Origin: the human T2T-CHM13v2.0 reference genome, Homo sapiens
Assembly (NCBI RefSeq): GCF_009914755.1
Contig: NC_060927.1
DNA length: 64,000 bases
Reading direction: 5' to 3' (one strand)
The translations under genes and the position numbers were made by a program. Shown here in pieces: positions 1 to 13,229 of the stretch; within the stretch, counting starts at the first letter, position 1; the number at the start of each line of letters is the position of its first letter. A model generated the notes under the pieces. The model searched no databases and was not told the DNA's origin. It saw only the letters and a list, made by a program, of their open reading frames with translations.

Positions 1-2114
1 AGACACTGATGCTCTAAGCATGACATTCAAAGCATGATGGTGGTGGTAAAGTAAGAGGCAGAACCATAAAATATTTTGAAGAAGGAATAATCAGCAGTGG
101 TGTCTACACACAATGGAGAGCAGGAAAGGAAAATTCAAGAATAACTGAGGTTCCACCTGGAGAATCAAGAATAATTGTGGTGACTCTTCAAGAAATAGGG
201 TGCTGGAAAGGGGAGCAGGAGAATATTTAAAAAGCATGAAAATAGTGTATGAGCCTCTCCAGCCCCTGTGTAAGAAATATCACTCTATTTTTTATAGCTC
301 AACTTAATTATTTTGAGCCTCTTTTTTGCTAAACTAGCAGAAATTTAATTTCACTTTATTCAATTCCCCGGCCCTTCTCCTTGAAGTTGTGACTGGAGTC
401 CATAACGGTGAAGTTGTTGAAATGAGGGAAGCTGGTCCACATTGTCATTTCTCAGTGCTGGCAGCATGTGAGGTGGACTATCTCTGTGCAGTGTACTGCT
501 TAGTCACCCCTGTCACTACTCACAGAAATCCCTTCATTTCTGCTGGGTGGACTCTATGCCCCTCTTAGGCTAACAGGATTTTACTGTTGGGGCATGAGAT
601 GGGCATGGGGTACCCTGTGAGTTCTCCTAGAACGTCCCCTTAGATCCCACACAGTCATTTCTATTTTGGAGGTTTTATGTCTCCCTGGATCACACATAGG
701 AGAAAGGGCTCAGAGTACCCAAACATATTATTCTTGTTATCTCCCCATAGCCCAGGGTGTGGCTCAGGTCAGGGTCAAGGCATGGGCCTCTTTGTATTTC
801 CATAAATGGGCAAGTTAAGTTTGAAGAGATGATGGGGCCCATTTCCAAAAAGGAAATGTCCTAAGGACAAGTCAGAGAAGAATGAAAGATAAACTTCTAC
901 TTCTGGGAAGATGGATTAGATATACTTTTCCCCATATCTGCTTCTAAGTACAACTGAAAACCCTCAACACTTTATATGAAATAAACACAGGAAGATTCTG
1001 GCTGATGGAAAGAAGAAAGCAAATCAATTATGGATCTCAAGAACTAAGGAATGACATGATGGTAAGTTCCTTGAGTTTTCTTTTTGCCTCATAAATCTCA
1101 GATTTGGAACTGAAGAAACCAGCAACCTGAACATGCCAATGGGCACAGACAGAAAAAGCCCCAACAAACCCTGCTTTTGAACGAAAGGAACCGGGAAGGA
1201 GCAGCATATCAAACAGGAAACTTTTCAATAACTGCTCTACTCCAGCCAAACAACTCAGAAAGAAACGTTACCCCATGTTCCCAGAGGTCAAGTGGAGATC
1301 CTAGATTTCCATCCTCACCAGGCTATAATGAGGTGCCTAACACAGCTGCCAGGGTAGTATCAGAAAAGGACAAGTAGAAACCTTTGGATTTTAATGCCTG
1401 TTGGGCTGTGAAAGCCTAACCGCCCACCCCCACCTTCCTTTTCAGCATCAGTGGAAAGCGAGCAGAGAGTTGTGACTTCTCCTACCCCTTGGTGGGAAAG
1501 AGGCCACTCCTGTGATGTCAGTAGACGGCCTGGGGGGAATAGTAACAAGACACTCCAATCCATTTCAGCCAGTGAGGAATCAGTGGAGGCCTGCTAGGGA
1601 GCTGGAACTTTCATCCCTACCACCAGTAATGAGGAGCCCTCCTAGTGGGTGTCAAAGAGGCTGAGTAGAGAACTTAAACTATGGCTCCCACCTAGGAGTA
1701 TTGAGGTGTCACCCTCTCTTTTTTTTCTGCTAGAGCAGTGTCAAAGGAAGTTGGCTAAAACAGAGTTTAAATAAGACTCAGATTCTTAAAACATAATATC
1801 CAAAATGTTTAGGATTCAATAGAAAATCATGCATCATACCAAAAACCAGGAAGATTTCAAACTAAGTGAAAAAAAGACAACAGATGCCAACACTGAGATG
1901 ACAGGGGTGTTAGAATTATCTGACAAAGATTTTAATGCATCTATCATAAAAATATTTCAATGAACAATTACAAACACACTTGAAACAGATGAAAAAACAG
2001 TTTCAGCAAAGAAGTAGAAAATCTCAGTAAAAAATACATACATATAAAGAAGAAATAAATGGAAATTTTAGAAGTGAAAAATACAATAACCAAAATTTTT
2101 TAAAAGTCAAACTT

Positions 2115-2405
2115 GGCTGGGCATGGTGGCTCATGCCTGTAATCCCAGCACTTTGAGAGACTGAGGTAGGCATATCACTAGGTCAGGAGATTGAGACCAT
2201 CCTGGCCAACATGATGAAACCCCATCTCTACTAAAAATACAAAAATTAGCTGGGCATGGTGGCATGTGCCTGTAATCCCAGCTACTTGGGAGGCTGAGGC
2301 AGGAGAATCACTTGAACCAGGGAGTCAGAGGTTGCAGTAGGCCGAGATCATGCCACTGCATTCCAGCCTGGCAACAGAGCAAGACTCCATCAAAAAAAAA
2401 AAAAA
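2115..2405 (+). mobile_element. Alu (AluSc-like) inserted in L1
   Basis: Dimeric Alu with polyA; TSD aaaagtcaaactt / aaaagtctaactt; 'gagattgagaccatcctggccaac' and 'ctggcaacagag'. Confidence 0.95.
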
Positions 2406-5400
2406 GTCTAACTTCTCAGTAGATGGACTCAACAGCAGAGTGGCAGGACAAAGGAAAGACTCAGTGAACATGAAAGTAGGACAATGAAACTACCCAATAT
2501 GGAAACAACAAGTTCGAAAAAGAAATGAACAAAGCCTCAAGGACCTGTGGGATTCTAACAAAGGAACTAACATGCGTGTTGTTGGGGTTCCAGAAGAAGA
2601 GAGAGGGTAGGGCTAAAAAAGTACTTGAAGAAATAATGGCCAAAAACTTCACAAATTCAGGAAAAGACATAAATCTGTGGATTCAGAAACCCAAGGAAAT
2701 CTAAACCAAGACTCATTAAAATCATCTTTTGAAAACTAAAGATTAAAAAAATGTGGAAAGCAGCAAAAGAGAAGCACCACCTAAACTATAGGTGAAAGCA
2801 ATTTGAAAGATGGTCTATTGGTCATTAAAAACCATGGAGGCCAGAGGGAAGTGGCACAACATTTTTCAAGTGCTGAAAGAATAATAAAACCACTAACCCA
2901 GAATCCTACATTCAGTGGCAAAAGCAGTGCTAAACCTGTGCTGAGAGGGGAATTTATAAAACTAAATTCTTAATTAGAGAAGAGGAAAAGACTCAAATCA
3001 ACAATTTAATCTCTCAACAATTTAGAAAAATAGCAAAATCCAAAACAATCAAAAGGAAAAAAATAATAAAGGTATAAGCAGCAATCAATAAAAATGAAAA
3101 CACATAATCAACAGAAAAAAATCAATGAAACAAAGAGATAGCTCTTTTAAAAACCACTAAAATTGAGAAACTTCTGTCAAGACTGAAAAAGAAAAATTGA
3201 AGACAATGACAATATCAAGAATGAAGCAAGTGATATAGTATAGACCCTCCTGACATCAAATAGACAATATGGGAATACAACAAACAACTTTACACACAAA
3301 CATTTGATAAGTTATGTATATAAGAGGTGAAATTCCTTATGAAATAAAATTTTATAAATGAATTCCTCTGAAAATGTAAACTTAATACAACTCATCCAAT
3401 ATGAAATAATTTGAATAGCCCTGTAATTATTAAGAAAAGTGATTGTGTAACTTAAAAATCCCTTAAAAATAAATCTCCAAACCTAGTAGGTTTCACTGAA
3501 GAAATCAACCAAATGTTTAAAGAAAAAAATCACATCAATACTATGTAACTTCTTCCAAAAAACAGAAGAGGAGAGAACAACTCCCAATTCATTATATAAA
3601 ACTAGTATTACTCTGATACCAAAACTAGACAAAGAGTATAAAACGAAGAAAAAAGTAAACTATATAAAATATCTGTAACACAAAACCTCTTAACAAAATA
3701 TTAGCCAATAAAATTCAGCTATATATAAGAAGAGTTACCGTGGCCACATGGGGTTTGTTACTGGGACTCAGGCTGATTCAATGTTCAAAAATCCACTTAT
3801 GTAATGATGATGTTAACAGTCTAAAAAAAGAAAATCACATGATTATACTATTGATTCAGTAAAACCATTTGAGAAAATACAATATGCATTCATGATAAAA
3901 ACACTTAGAAAAAATAAGAACAAAGGGTAACTTTCTCAACTTGATAAAAAGCATCTATTAAAAACTTATAACTTAAATTATACTCATTGGTGAAAGACTA
4001 AATGATTTTCCTTTAAGACTGGGAACAAGGCAAAAACGTCCTCTCTTACCACTCTTATTCAACATAATTCTGAAAGTTCTGGCCAATATAAAGATAAGAA
4101 AAGCAAATAAAAAACACAAATATTGGAAAGGAAGTGACAAAACTGTCTCTCTATTTGTAGATGACATGATTGCTCATGTAGAAATTCCCAAGGAATCTTC
4201 AGAATGAAAGTCTGGGAACTACTGAGTTCAGCAAGGTCACAGAATACAAGATAAACATACAAATATCAATTGCATTTCTATATATTAACAATGAACAAAT
4301 GGATGCTGAAATTTAAAATACAGTACATTTACATTAGCTCAAAAATGAAATACTAGTTGTAAGTTTATCAAAACATGTACAGGACTTACATGTTTAAACT
4401 ACACAAAACTGATGAAAGCAATCAAAGTGCTAAATAAATGGAGACATACTATGTTAATGGATTGGAAGACTCAATTAAGTAAAGATGTCAGTACCCTCCA
4501 AATTGATACACATGTTTAATACAATCTATCAAAATCCCAGGAAAGCTTTTTATAGATATAAACACAATTAATTAAAAATTTATACAGAATGGCAAAAGAA
4601 CTAGAATAGCTGAACAATTTTGAGAAAGAAGAATAAAGTGAGAAGAATCAAGACAACACAGCAATATAGCTATAGTAATTAAGACTGTGTGGTATTGACA
4701 GAGGGATCAACAAATAAATGGAGCAGGTTAGAGATCTCTGAAATAGACCCACACAAAAATGCCCAACTGATTTTTGACAAAGAGACAAAAGCAATTAAAT
4801 GGGAGAAAGATAACCTTTTATAATAAATGATGCCGAAGCAATTGGACATCTATTGCCAAAAACACAAAACAAAACAAAACAAAAATAGATCCCTAAACCA
4901 TTGATCTAAAATTTTATATCTTATAGAAAAATTAACTGAAAATGAGGCATGGGCTTAAATGTAAAATATACAACTATAAAACTCTGGAAAAATCACAGAA
5001 GATCTGCAGAGCCTAGGGCTAGGATACAGTTCTAGGTGACACCAAAAGCATGATACAAAAAAAAGAAAAAAAATGAGAAATTGAATGTCACCAATCTTAA
5101 AATGTTTTCTCCATGAAAGACCTTGTTTAAGAGGATAAAAAGACACACTACAGCTTGGAAGAAAATATTTGCAAACCTCTTATCTGACAAAGGAATGGTA
5201 TCCAGAATATTTCTAAAACTCTCAAAAATCAATAGTTAGGAACACAACTCAAGTAGAAAGTAAGAAAAAGACTTACGGATATACAGATGGCAAATGAACA
5301 CAATAAATAAGATTTATCATTACCTACAAATTAAAATTGCAATGAGATAGCACTACACATCTATCAAAAGGACTGAAATAAAAAACAGTGACAACACCAA

Positions 5401-5721
5401 ATACTAGCGAGGATGTGGTGAAACTAGATCACTCATGCATTGATGATGGACATGTAAAATGGTACAGCCACTCTGAAAAAGTTTTTTTAACTAAATGTGA
5501 AGTCACCATATGACCTATAAATTGTCTCTAGACATTTATTCCAGAGAAATGAAAACCTATATTCACACAAACACCTGTACAAAAATGTTTATATAAGCTT
5601 TATTTGTAATAGCCAAAAACTGGAAATAACACAGGTATCTTTCAGTGGGTGATTGGTTAAATAAAGTGTGGTACAACTGTATCATGGGATTCTATTCAAC
5701 AATAAAAAGAAATGAACTATT

Positions 5722-5885
5722 TTACTTATTTTTAATACATAATTTTTTAATAATTTTTTTAAATTTACTTTTTAGAGATGGGGTCTCACTATATTGCCCT
5801 GGCTGTCCCAAACCCCTGAACTCAAGCAATCCATCTGCCTCAATCTCCCAAATTGCTGGGATTACAAGCATAAACCACTTCACTT
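5722..5885 (-). mobile_element. FLAM (Alu left monomer) in L1
   Basis: Antisense monomer bounded by a 17-bp TSD aaaagaaatgaactatt (5705-5721, 5886-5902). Confidence 0.9.
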
Positions 5886-5985
5886 AAAAGAAATGAACTA
5901 TTGATACTAGCCAATGACCTGGATGAATCTCCAGATAATTAATCTGAATGGGAAAAAAAATCTCAGAAGAATGCATATTGTATTA

Positions 5986-6219
5986 CAAGTTGAGTATTCT
6001 TTATCTGAAATGTTTGGCAACTAAAGTGTTTCCAATTTCAGATTTTTTCACATTTTGAAATAGTTGCATTTACTTACTGATTGAACATCCCAAATCCAAA
6101 AATTTGAAATCTGAAATGTTCTAATGCGATCTTTTATTCAACATCATGTTAGTGCTCTAAAAGTTCAGATTTGGGAGAATTTCAGAGTTTTTATTTTCAG
6201 ATTTGGGATGCTCAGCCTA
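5986..6219. mobile_element. Tigger4a/MER46-type DNA transposon
   Basis: Ends 'caagttgagtattc' and 'gggatgctcagccta', flanked by TA; internal 'ttcagattt' repeats. Confidence 0.8.
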
Positions 6220-6569
6220 TATTCTATTCATATAATATTCTTGAGAAAGTTGTAGATATGGAGAACAGATTAGTGGTTTCTAGGTATTAAAGGAGGGGGA
6301 GAAGGTGGAAAGTAGATGTAACGATACAATGACAGTATGAGGGATTCTTGGGGTGAGAGAAATGTATCTTGACTTTATCAATGTCAGTATCCTGTTTGTG
6401 ATATTTTATTATAGTTTAGCAAGATGTTAACTTTAGGGGAAACTGTGTAAAAGGTACATAATATCTCTCTGTATTATTCTTTTCAACAGCATGTGAATCT
6501 ACAGTTGTCTCAAAAACCCTTTAAAAGTTTGTTTTTATTAAAAAGTTAAACTAAAATATTAAAAAGAGA

Positions 6570-7035
6570 ATCAGAATAGCCAAAACTGGAAATAACTCAA
6601 ATATCCATCAACAGATGAGTGAAAAAACAAATTGTATAGATCTTTACAATGGAATGCTATTTGCAACAAAAAGGAGCAATCTACTGACACACACAACATG
6701 GATGAATCTACGCTAGAAAAAGAAGCCAAACACAAATGAGTATATTGTATATTACCATTATTATAAAACAAATTCTAGACAGAAAAACTAAAAGATACTG
6801 ATAGAAAATAGATGAAGAGAATAGATTAATAAACTGTGGGGGCAGGGGAGATGATGGACTGACTGCAAAACTGCATAAGGGAATTCCTGGGGTGATGGAC
6901 ACATTTCGTATTATGGCTGCAGTGACTGTTACAGGTGTCTATCTACATTTGTCAGTGCTCATCAAACTGTATATTTAATGTGACTGCATTTTATTGTATC
7001 TACATTAACCCTCAATAAAGTTGATTTTAAAGAAA
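6570..7035 (+). mobile_element. L1ME-type 3' fragment
   Basis: 'atatccatcaacagatgagtg...acaacatggatgaatct...ctcaataaagttgatttt'. Confidence 0.8.
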
Positions 7036-8184
7036 GAAAATAATGAGTACAATTGAGAATTTAGAGCTGATATTGTGATTTTTTTTTCCTTTGGTCAGAA
7101 GCTATAGTGAGAGAGAAATGTGCCCAGGAATCCCTTTTGAGTAAAGTGGCAAGACTCAGAGCAAGAGAGACACTCAAGACAGGATATATTCGAAAGTGAT
7201 GAGAAAGGAATGAGAAAAGCATGAGAAGTGATGAGTCCCTAAGGAGATTTGTTCAAAGGTCAAGAGTGAAAGGTAAGATCTTTGCAAATACACCAGTTTC
7301 AAGGGCTAGTGAAGAAGTCCTGTGTTTTTCTAGGACCTCAGAGTGGAGAATAGTCTGAGAGAGGCTGAGGGCTAAAGCAGTTGTCCACAGGTAAGGAAGA
7401 TGCAGGGAGGGCAGGGCAAGCACAAGGCCCAGTGATATGGATGTTCACAAGTGCAAGCAAATTAACTCATGGTACTTGTGAAGATAGACAGTCAGGAGCG
7501 GAGCTGGAAAAGCAAAGTCAAGGGTGCAGCTAACCCAGAGTGATGGGTCAAGAGGAAGCCAGACAGAGGGAACTAGCCAGTAGGGTGACTAAGGCCAAGG
7601 CCAAGGGAGCACACCAAAGGAGAAAGCTGACTCATGAGACACAATCAGACTAGATCATGAGAAAGCTCAGGAAGGTCAGAAAAGAGGGTGTTGTGACACA
7701 ATCCATGGCACCATATCTGTCACAGCTCAGTGGTGACACTTTGGCTGAGATTGGACTGGTTCCTTTTATGAGTCCAGCATCAACCTCTCCCCAGCTTGAC
7801 CAGTCAGTCTTATAGCAGGTAGGTAGTCTGCCCACTTTACTGGGTTGTTTTGCAAGCTGCTATCTGTCAGTTTATAACTGGGTCTCCAGACCCTGGACTT
7901 TCATTATGGGATAGGACTCTGCACATCAAATGCCTGGAAGGTGCAAAGAAAGGCTAGACTTTTTGTGTCCTTCTTCTGCCTGATTTTCCCTGGTCCCTCA
8001 TTCCCAAGCCAACAGGAAGAGAAGTAATTGGATAACAATGCAGAAATTTAGATACAGAGGAACCCAGTTACCAGATGGGTAGTTCAAAATGGAAACTAAG
8101 TGTATGAATGAAGCAGAAACAAGCAGTCATACCATAAGGTCAGGTAAGTCTTGTCATATGAATGCTTAACAAATTGGGGGCCTA

Positions 8185-8430
8185 TATTCTATAGTGTTTA
8201 AGACTCAGGCCCAATTAAATTCAAATCCAAACAGTTACTAACTATGAGAAATTGAGTAAGATACTTAACCTTTCTGAGCCTTGGTTTTCTCAACCCCCCA
8301 AAAATTAAAAAAAAAAAAGGCATTGATCATACCTATCTCATTGAGTTCTTGTGCGGCTATAAATGAGATTATTTGTGTAAAGCTCTTTGTAAAACTGCCT
8401 GGCACTTACTAAGCACTCAATGAATGGTCG
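8185..8430 (+). mobile_element. MIR
   Basis: Core 'tacttaacctttctgagccttggttttctc' and tail 'gcctggcacttactaagcactcaat'. Confidence 0.8.
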
Positions 8431-8499
8431 TTAATGGTGAATACCGGAATGTGAGGATGGGAACCTAAGAAATGCCGTTGGGTAGAGGTTGCCTGAAGA

Positions 8500-8770
8500 G
8501 GTCAGTGGAATCAGCTGCAGTTATAGGCAAACTCGGGAGGTTTGTAGTAAAACTGAAAAGACTCAGCTGAGGAAACCAGGACCGAATGCCCAGAGAAACA
8601 AAGAAGGGAAGGGGAAAATGTGGTGCCTAAGCAACCCAGAAGGAAGTAGTGGTCAGCAGCGTTAAATGAGGAATGAGAATATGCATAGAGGGAGAGCAGG
8701 GTGGTGGACCTCATAATAAGATGATTAGACTGGAGGGGAAGGAAGCCAGAGGGCAGAGGTTCAAGAAGGA
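8500..8770 (-). mobile_element. L2 fragment
   Basis: Purine-rich, degenerate antisense L2-like sequence. Confidence 0.45.
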
Positions 8771-10139
8771 AGTATTAAAGAACACTGTGTTCTCAGGGAC
8801 AGAGTAAAAGAACCAGTTGCCCTGAAAGGCCAAATGGCAAAATGTATTGATTCTAAAAGTATGATGTTGTTGAGTGTCTGTTTATATTGTCATTGCTGTT
8901 CATGTCTCAAACCCTAAAAGAACAAGCAGCCCCTGGTTGCCAGGATGTATTACTCCTGCTACTTCCAAATCCAATTCTGGCAAGCACAGTCATTCCCCAT
9001 GGTATTCCTGTTAGCATTCATACAGCACTCATTAGGATTGAAATCTTTTCAGCCTTGTCAGATTCCATTATATGGCACAACAAATCTTAACTTGTAGATT
9101 GTAGTGTTTCTTTGTACATCAACTCAGTTTTAAAATCAACTGCTAAGAAGATTATTAATCTTTTTGTGCGCTTATAGTAACGTCTTTCTCCATAATAAGA
9201 CAATTATCACTTTATTGGATGTTCAGCAGTTTAAAAAATCCTCATTGCATATTTCACAAACATTTGAAATAACATTAGTAGGTTTCTCCACTTATTTGCA
9301 TATAAATTTACAAAGTATTTCAGCTAGCTCATTGTCTTCTATATTCACTTCATATCAGAAATTTTCAACCATCTCTTTGTATCTGCCAGAAGAGCAAATA
9401 AATAAAAATAATGATAATTTTAAATACCACAAATATCTAGAAATCTCAAAATTGCTTTCTTTGCACAATAACAAAACATTTGGAGTAAAATGATAGTTGA
9501 TCATAATTATATGTACTGTAAAACTACCTGATTATACCATTTGAACAATGTCAATTTCCCACAATACATTTAACTTCATATTATTATTATACTTTTCAAT
9601 ATTACATAAAATTTAGTCTGCCTTTGTCATGAAAAGTGCCCTCCAGTAATTTTCTCTTTTCAATTGTTTTTTAAGGAATATTTGACTATGACTCTCAAAA
9701 CACTTCATTGCAACCCAACAACAGCAGAACGTTTTGTTCAGTACAAATTGTATTATTAAAGCGAAACAACTGCAGTTTCCAAATCTCTAACCAATAAGAA
9801 AAGCTTAAATTTTATTTTTTAATTTCTTGCAATTATTTTTTATGTCATTTAGAAAAATCTGTCAAATTCTCTGAACACTAATGTATCTGAGGAATTCTTT
9901 GACCTTTTGAGGGAATAAAACATGTTTTCTTAAAAATTGAAAATTATACTAGACATCTATTTGCCTAAAGATCTGTACATTTTTAACAATGATATCTAGA
10001 ATTTTCTTTATTTTTCAGAATGATTCTCCTTTTAATAATTGAAAATGAATGAATAATTTAATCTACATTATAAAGAAAGAAAAATTTTGTTTTCAAAATC
10101 AGAATATGAAGTACTATATTCCAAATCCCAAAATACATA

Positions 10140-11395
10140 TTGAGTACATGTTAGTTCAGACATGATGGGATGAGAGTGGGCACCATTGTAAATATCAAGA
10201 AAATATATTTAGGTAGCAGAATTAATAGGATTTATTGAATGTGCAGGGGATGAGGGAGAAGTCTAGGCCTCACAACTTCCAAATGTCTTGCTTGAACAAT
10301 AAATGGGGTGAATTGCAAGGCCATTCACGAGGTCTGGGAAAAAAGATGGAAAATTGATGACTTTCTCTTTTGACTAATTGGGCCCAACACTGAAACTCTA
10401 ATAAATATAATTTTGCATTTTTCAGCTTACTCATTTGCCTTTACTTAAAAGTACCTGGATATAAATAGAGCAACATTTAACTATGCTGAAGAAATATTGT
10501 TTAGAGGGCAATAGAAATTGTCATACAATTGCTCAATATAATTGCTGGAGTTATCTTGTTCAGAATTGTTCCACATATTCAATTTTGTCAAGCAAAGAAG
10601 TAGTATTTTATGCATGCAACAGATAGCTTTTGTGTGATGGTTATGTATTGGGCACTATTCTAAGAACTGGAGATAGAGGAGGGTTTGATGCAGACACAAT
10701 TCCTGTTCTCAAAATGTTTACACTCTGCTGGAGGAATAAAAGTGATTATTAGAATTTAAATTATGAAAACAAATTAATATCAGATAGTGATAGTGCTGTG
10801 AAGAAAATAAAAGATAATAAGGAACATAGTAAGGAGAAAATGACCTGCATGGTGAAGAAAATGTGACATTATGCCTCTCTAAAGGGTTGGCATTTGCCCT
10901 GAGCCTTGCATGATGGGGAGCAAGCTGTTTGGAGATCTGGGAGACCTGTCCTTCCAGACAGTAGACTCCAGATTTTCTATACAGCAGCAATCTGGTTGGA
11001 AGAAGTTTAAGGGGACTTTTTTATAAGGTAACATTTGCAGAGAAAACACACTCCATTGATTTACAGTGTGTATTTATTTGAGGTGGGAGAAGATGATGTA
11101 AAATAGCAGGTAGCTGAGTGTACTCCCTTCACATCCATGAAGTCACGCTTTGGACTACCAGTAGTTCCAAGCAGAGAGAACAGCACAGGTAAAGGCACAA
11201 GGCAGGGACTGTCTTGGCTGTCTCAGGGGCAAGCATAAGGCCAGAAGGGCTAGAACACAGTGAAGAAACAGAGAAGTAGTAAGAGATGATCTCAAAAAGA
11301 GAGGGGAACCACCTCATGCCCAGCCTGGTAGACCATAGTAAAGGGATCTTAAACAGGATCCCCTTAAGGGGCCTTAAACAGGAAACTGAAGGAGT
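10140..11395 (-). mobile_element. L2 fragments (approx. 10140-10350, 10605-10930, 11160-11395)
   Basis: 'gggcactattctaagaactggagatag' and 'ccaagcagagagaacagcacaggtaaaggc' are typical antisense L2 segments. Confidence 0.65.
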
Positions 11396-11971
11396 GGGAG
11401 AGGGGAAAGGTTCTGTTTTATGTATTACATCATCATCTGGTACAATTGCTATTAGTAATAGTCACTTATAAAAAAATAGTACATTTAAAAAGAAAAGGGA
11501 AAAATATTTGTTGTTATACTTTGAATGTTTTTATGTATATATTCACCTTCTTCAGACTGTATCTGTCAGAGATGCCACGTTACTGGACATCATTAGCACC
11601 TTCAAAATGTGGGGAAAGAGCTAGTGGTCTTTGGAAGAAAAAATATTCTCTCAAAATGGCATTTGCTAACACTGAATGCTGTATTTTATGTTCTGAAGAG
11701 ATGCTCTGCTTGTCATCTCCATGTTAATAATACTCCAGATTTGGTGAACTCCTAATTAAAGATAACTAGAATAGTTAAAATAAGATAGAAAAACAAACTC
11801 TAATTAATGAAGCTATGTATTTGCCTCAAGACATCAGTTAATGCTTTTCCATTAATGGTACCAAATTTCTGATGATGTTGAAGTACTTTATTTGGGGCAG
11901 AGTAGGAATATTAAATCTTAAAATTGTTCCTTGACTTTTACAAATAAGGAGAAATCTATCATTTGCCTTAG

Positions 11972-12000
11972 CAATTTCTGACCAATGTATGCAAATAGAA
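11972..12000 (+). pseudogene. Candidate 29-nt micro-exon, copy 1
   Basis: tttgccttAG|caatttctgaccaatgtatgcaaatagaa|GTatga; paralogous to 12941-12969. Confidence 0.35.
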
Positions 12001-12940
12001 GTATGAATTGCCTAAGAATTTCAGGATGATTTTGTTACATTAAATTGTAAATATAAGGAAAATTGGTTTTTTTATTTACAAGTTATAGTTTCATTATTTA
12101 GCAAGTGAAAATGAGATCATTAAAAGCAAGAGTTTTTTCTCTCTTGAAAAACACAAACCTAAGAGCTGTTCAAGTTGAAAGACTTTTTGAGGGTAATGCC
12201 ACATAGTTGAGTTAATTAATTGATTGACTCATTGATTGATTGATTGATTCATTCATTCATTTGTTTATTCACTTTACAATTACACATCTACTATTGTTTT
12301 GGATGATATCCAGAAGAAAACAACAAAATGATCATTAAATGGATGGTGTGTATAATCAAATTGTTTACAGTCTAGTTAATGAAGCAAAGCAGAAACATAC
12401 ACTGTTTTCAAGCATGAAAATTAATATAAGATAGCAGCAGAAGAGATACCACAAGGCTGTACAAGTGTCTGAATGCCAGACAGCACTACAGATCATTCGG
12501 GTTAGGGGGAGGCTTAAGAAGGCCGAGTTCATTTGGTTGGGCTCCCTCCAGTCTGGACATTTTCAAAAAGTGTGCAGACAGGTTTCTTCAACAGTATATA
12601 CTTCACTGAAGTCAGATTAGGGTTAAAGTTTACATCTGAAGAGCAGAAAATACAGCGGTCCCAAGTAAGTTTCACCATAACAGTTTTATAACCTTAAAAG
12701 GAAATGTTTTTCCTCCTAATCAAAAAGAACTTTGATTTATTCCATGCCCTATTATTTTATCTTTAGTGAAAAAGACATTTTAAATTGCATACTTGTAAAG
12801 CTTCTGAAAGAATCCTTTCAGAAATCCATCATTAGTTTTCTCTCCTTAGCATGACTACATCCTCCCTCAATGTTCTTTGCTACAGACTCAGGAAGCACTC
12901 ATAGGCAAGGATTAAAATTTATTTAAAAGAATTTTGAAAG

Positions 12941-12969
12941 CAATTTCTGACCACTATGCTCATATAGAG
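12941..12969 (+). pseudogene. Candidate 29-nt micro-exon, copy 2
   Basis: ttttgaaAG|caatttctgaccactatgctcatatagag|GTatga. Confidence 0.35.
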
Positions 12970-13229
12970 GTATGAATTGCCTAAGATTGTCTTGATGGTT
13001 TCCTTATAAGTAATTGAGAAAATATAAGAGAAAATTAATTCTAAGATGCAGAATTTTGTTAACTATAAATTTATTGTAACATTGTAATTTGGGCTTTTTT
13101 TCTCTTCTTTTTTCATTTCTCCTTTCCCTTTTCCCTTCCCCTGCTTCTTCTTTCTGAATAATTTAGTCCTAAAGCCATTTGGTGGAACAGAGCGAGGTCG
13201 GCATTCCTGCAGCCTGAGGGAGGTGGAGT

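Larger units (their letters stand above)
894..6545 (+). mobile_element. Old L1 (L1MD-like): 5' UTR, ORF1 remnant, internally deleted ORF2 and 3' UTR
   Basis: 5' end 'cttctacttctgggaagatgga'. A-rich ORF1/ORF2-like sequence with an RT-region remnant at 4120-4170. L1MD-type 3' end 'gcatgtgaatctacagttgtctcaaaa'. Possible TSD aaagataaact (885-895) / aaagttaaact (6542-6552). Confidence 0.85.

Noticed and set aside
11970-12011. Duplicated segment as snoRNA or miRNA (GCAATT...AATTGC stem, ATGCAAAT octamer)
   Set aside because: No properly placed C/D or H/ACA boxes, the stem is too short, and the octamer is absent from the second copy.
12431-12500. 70-nt exon between the two micro-exons; shares agatagcagcagaa with 14498-14511
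   Set aside because: Weak acceptor, in-frame TGA and L2-like context; similarity to 14.5 kb does not extend.
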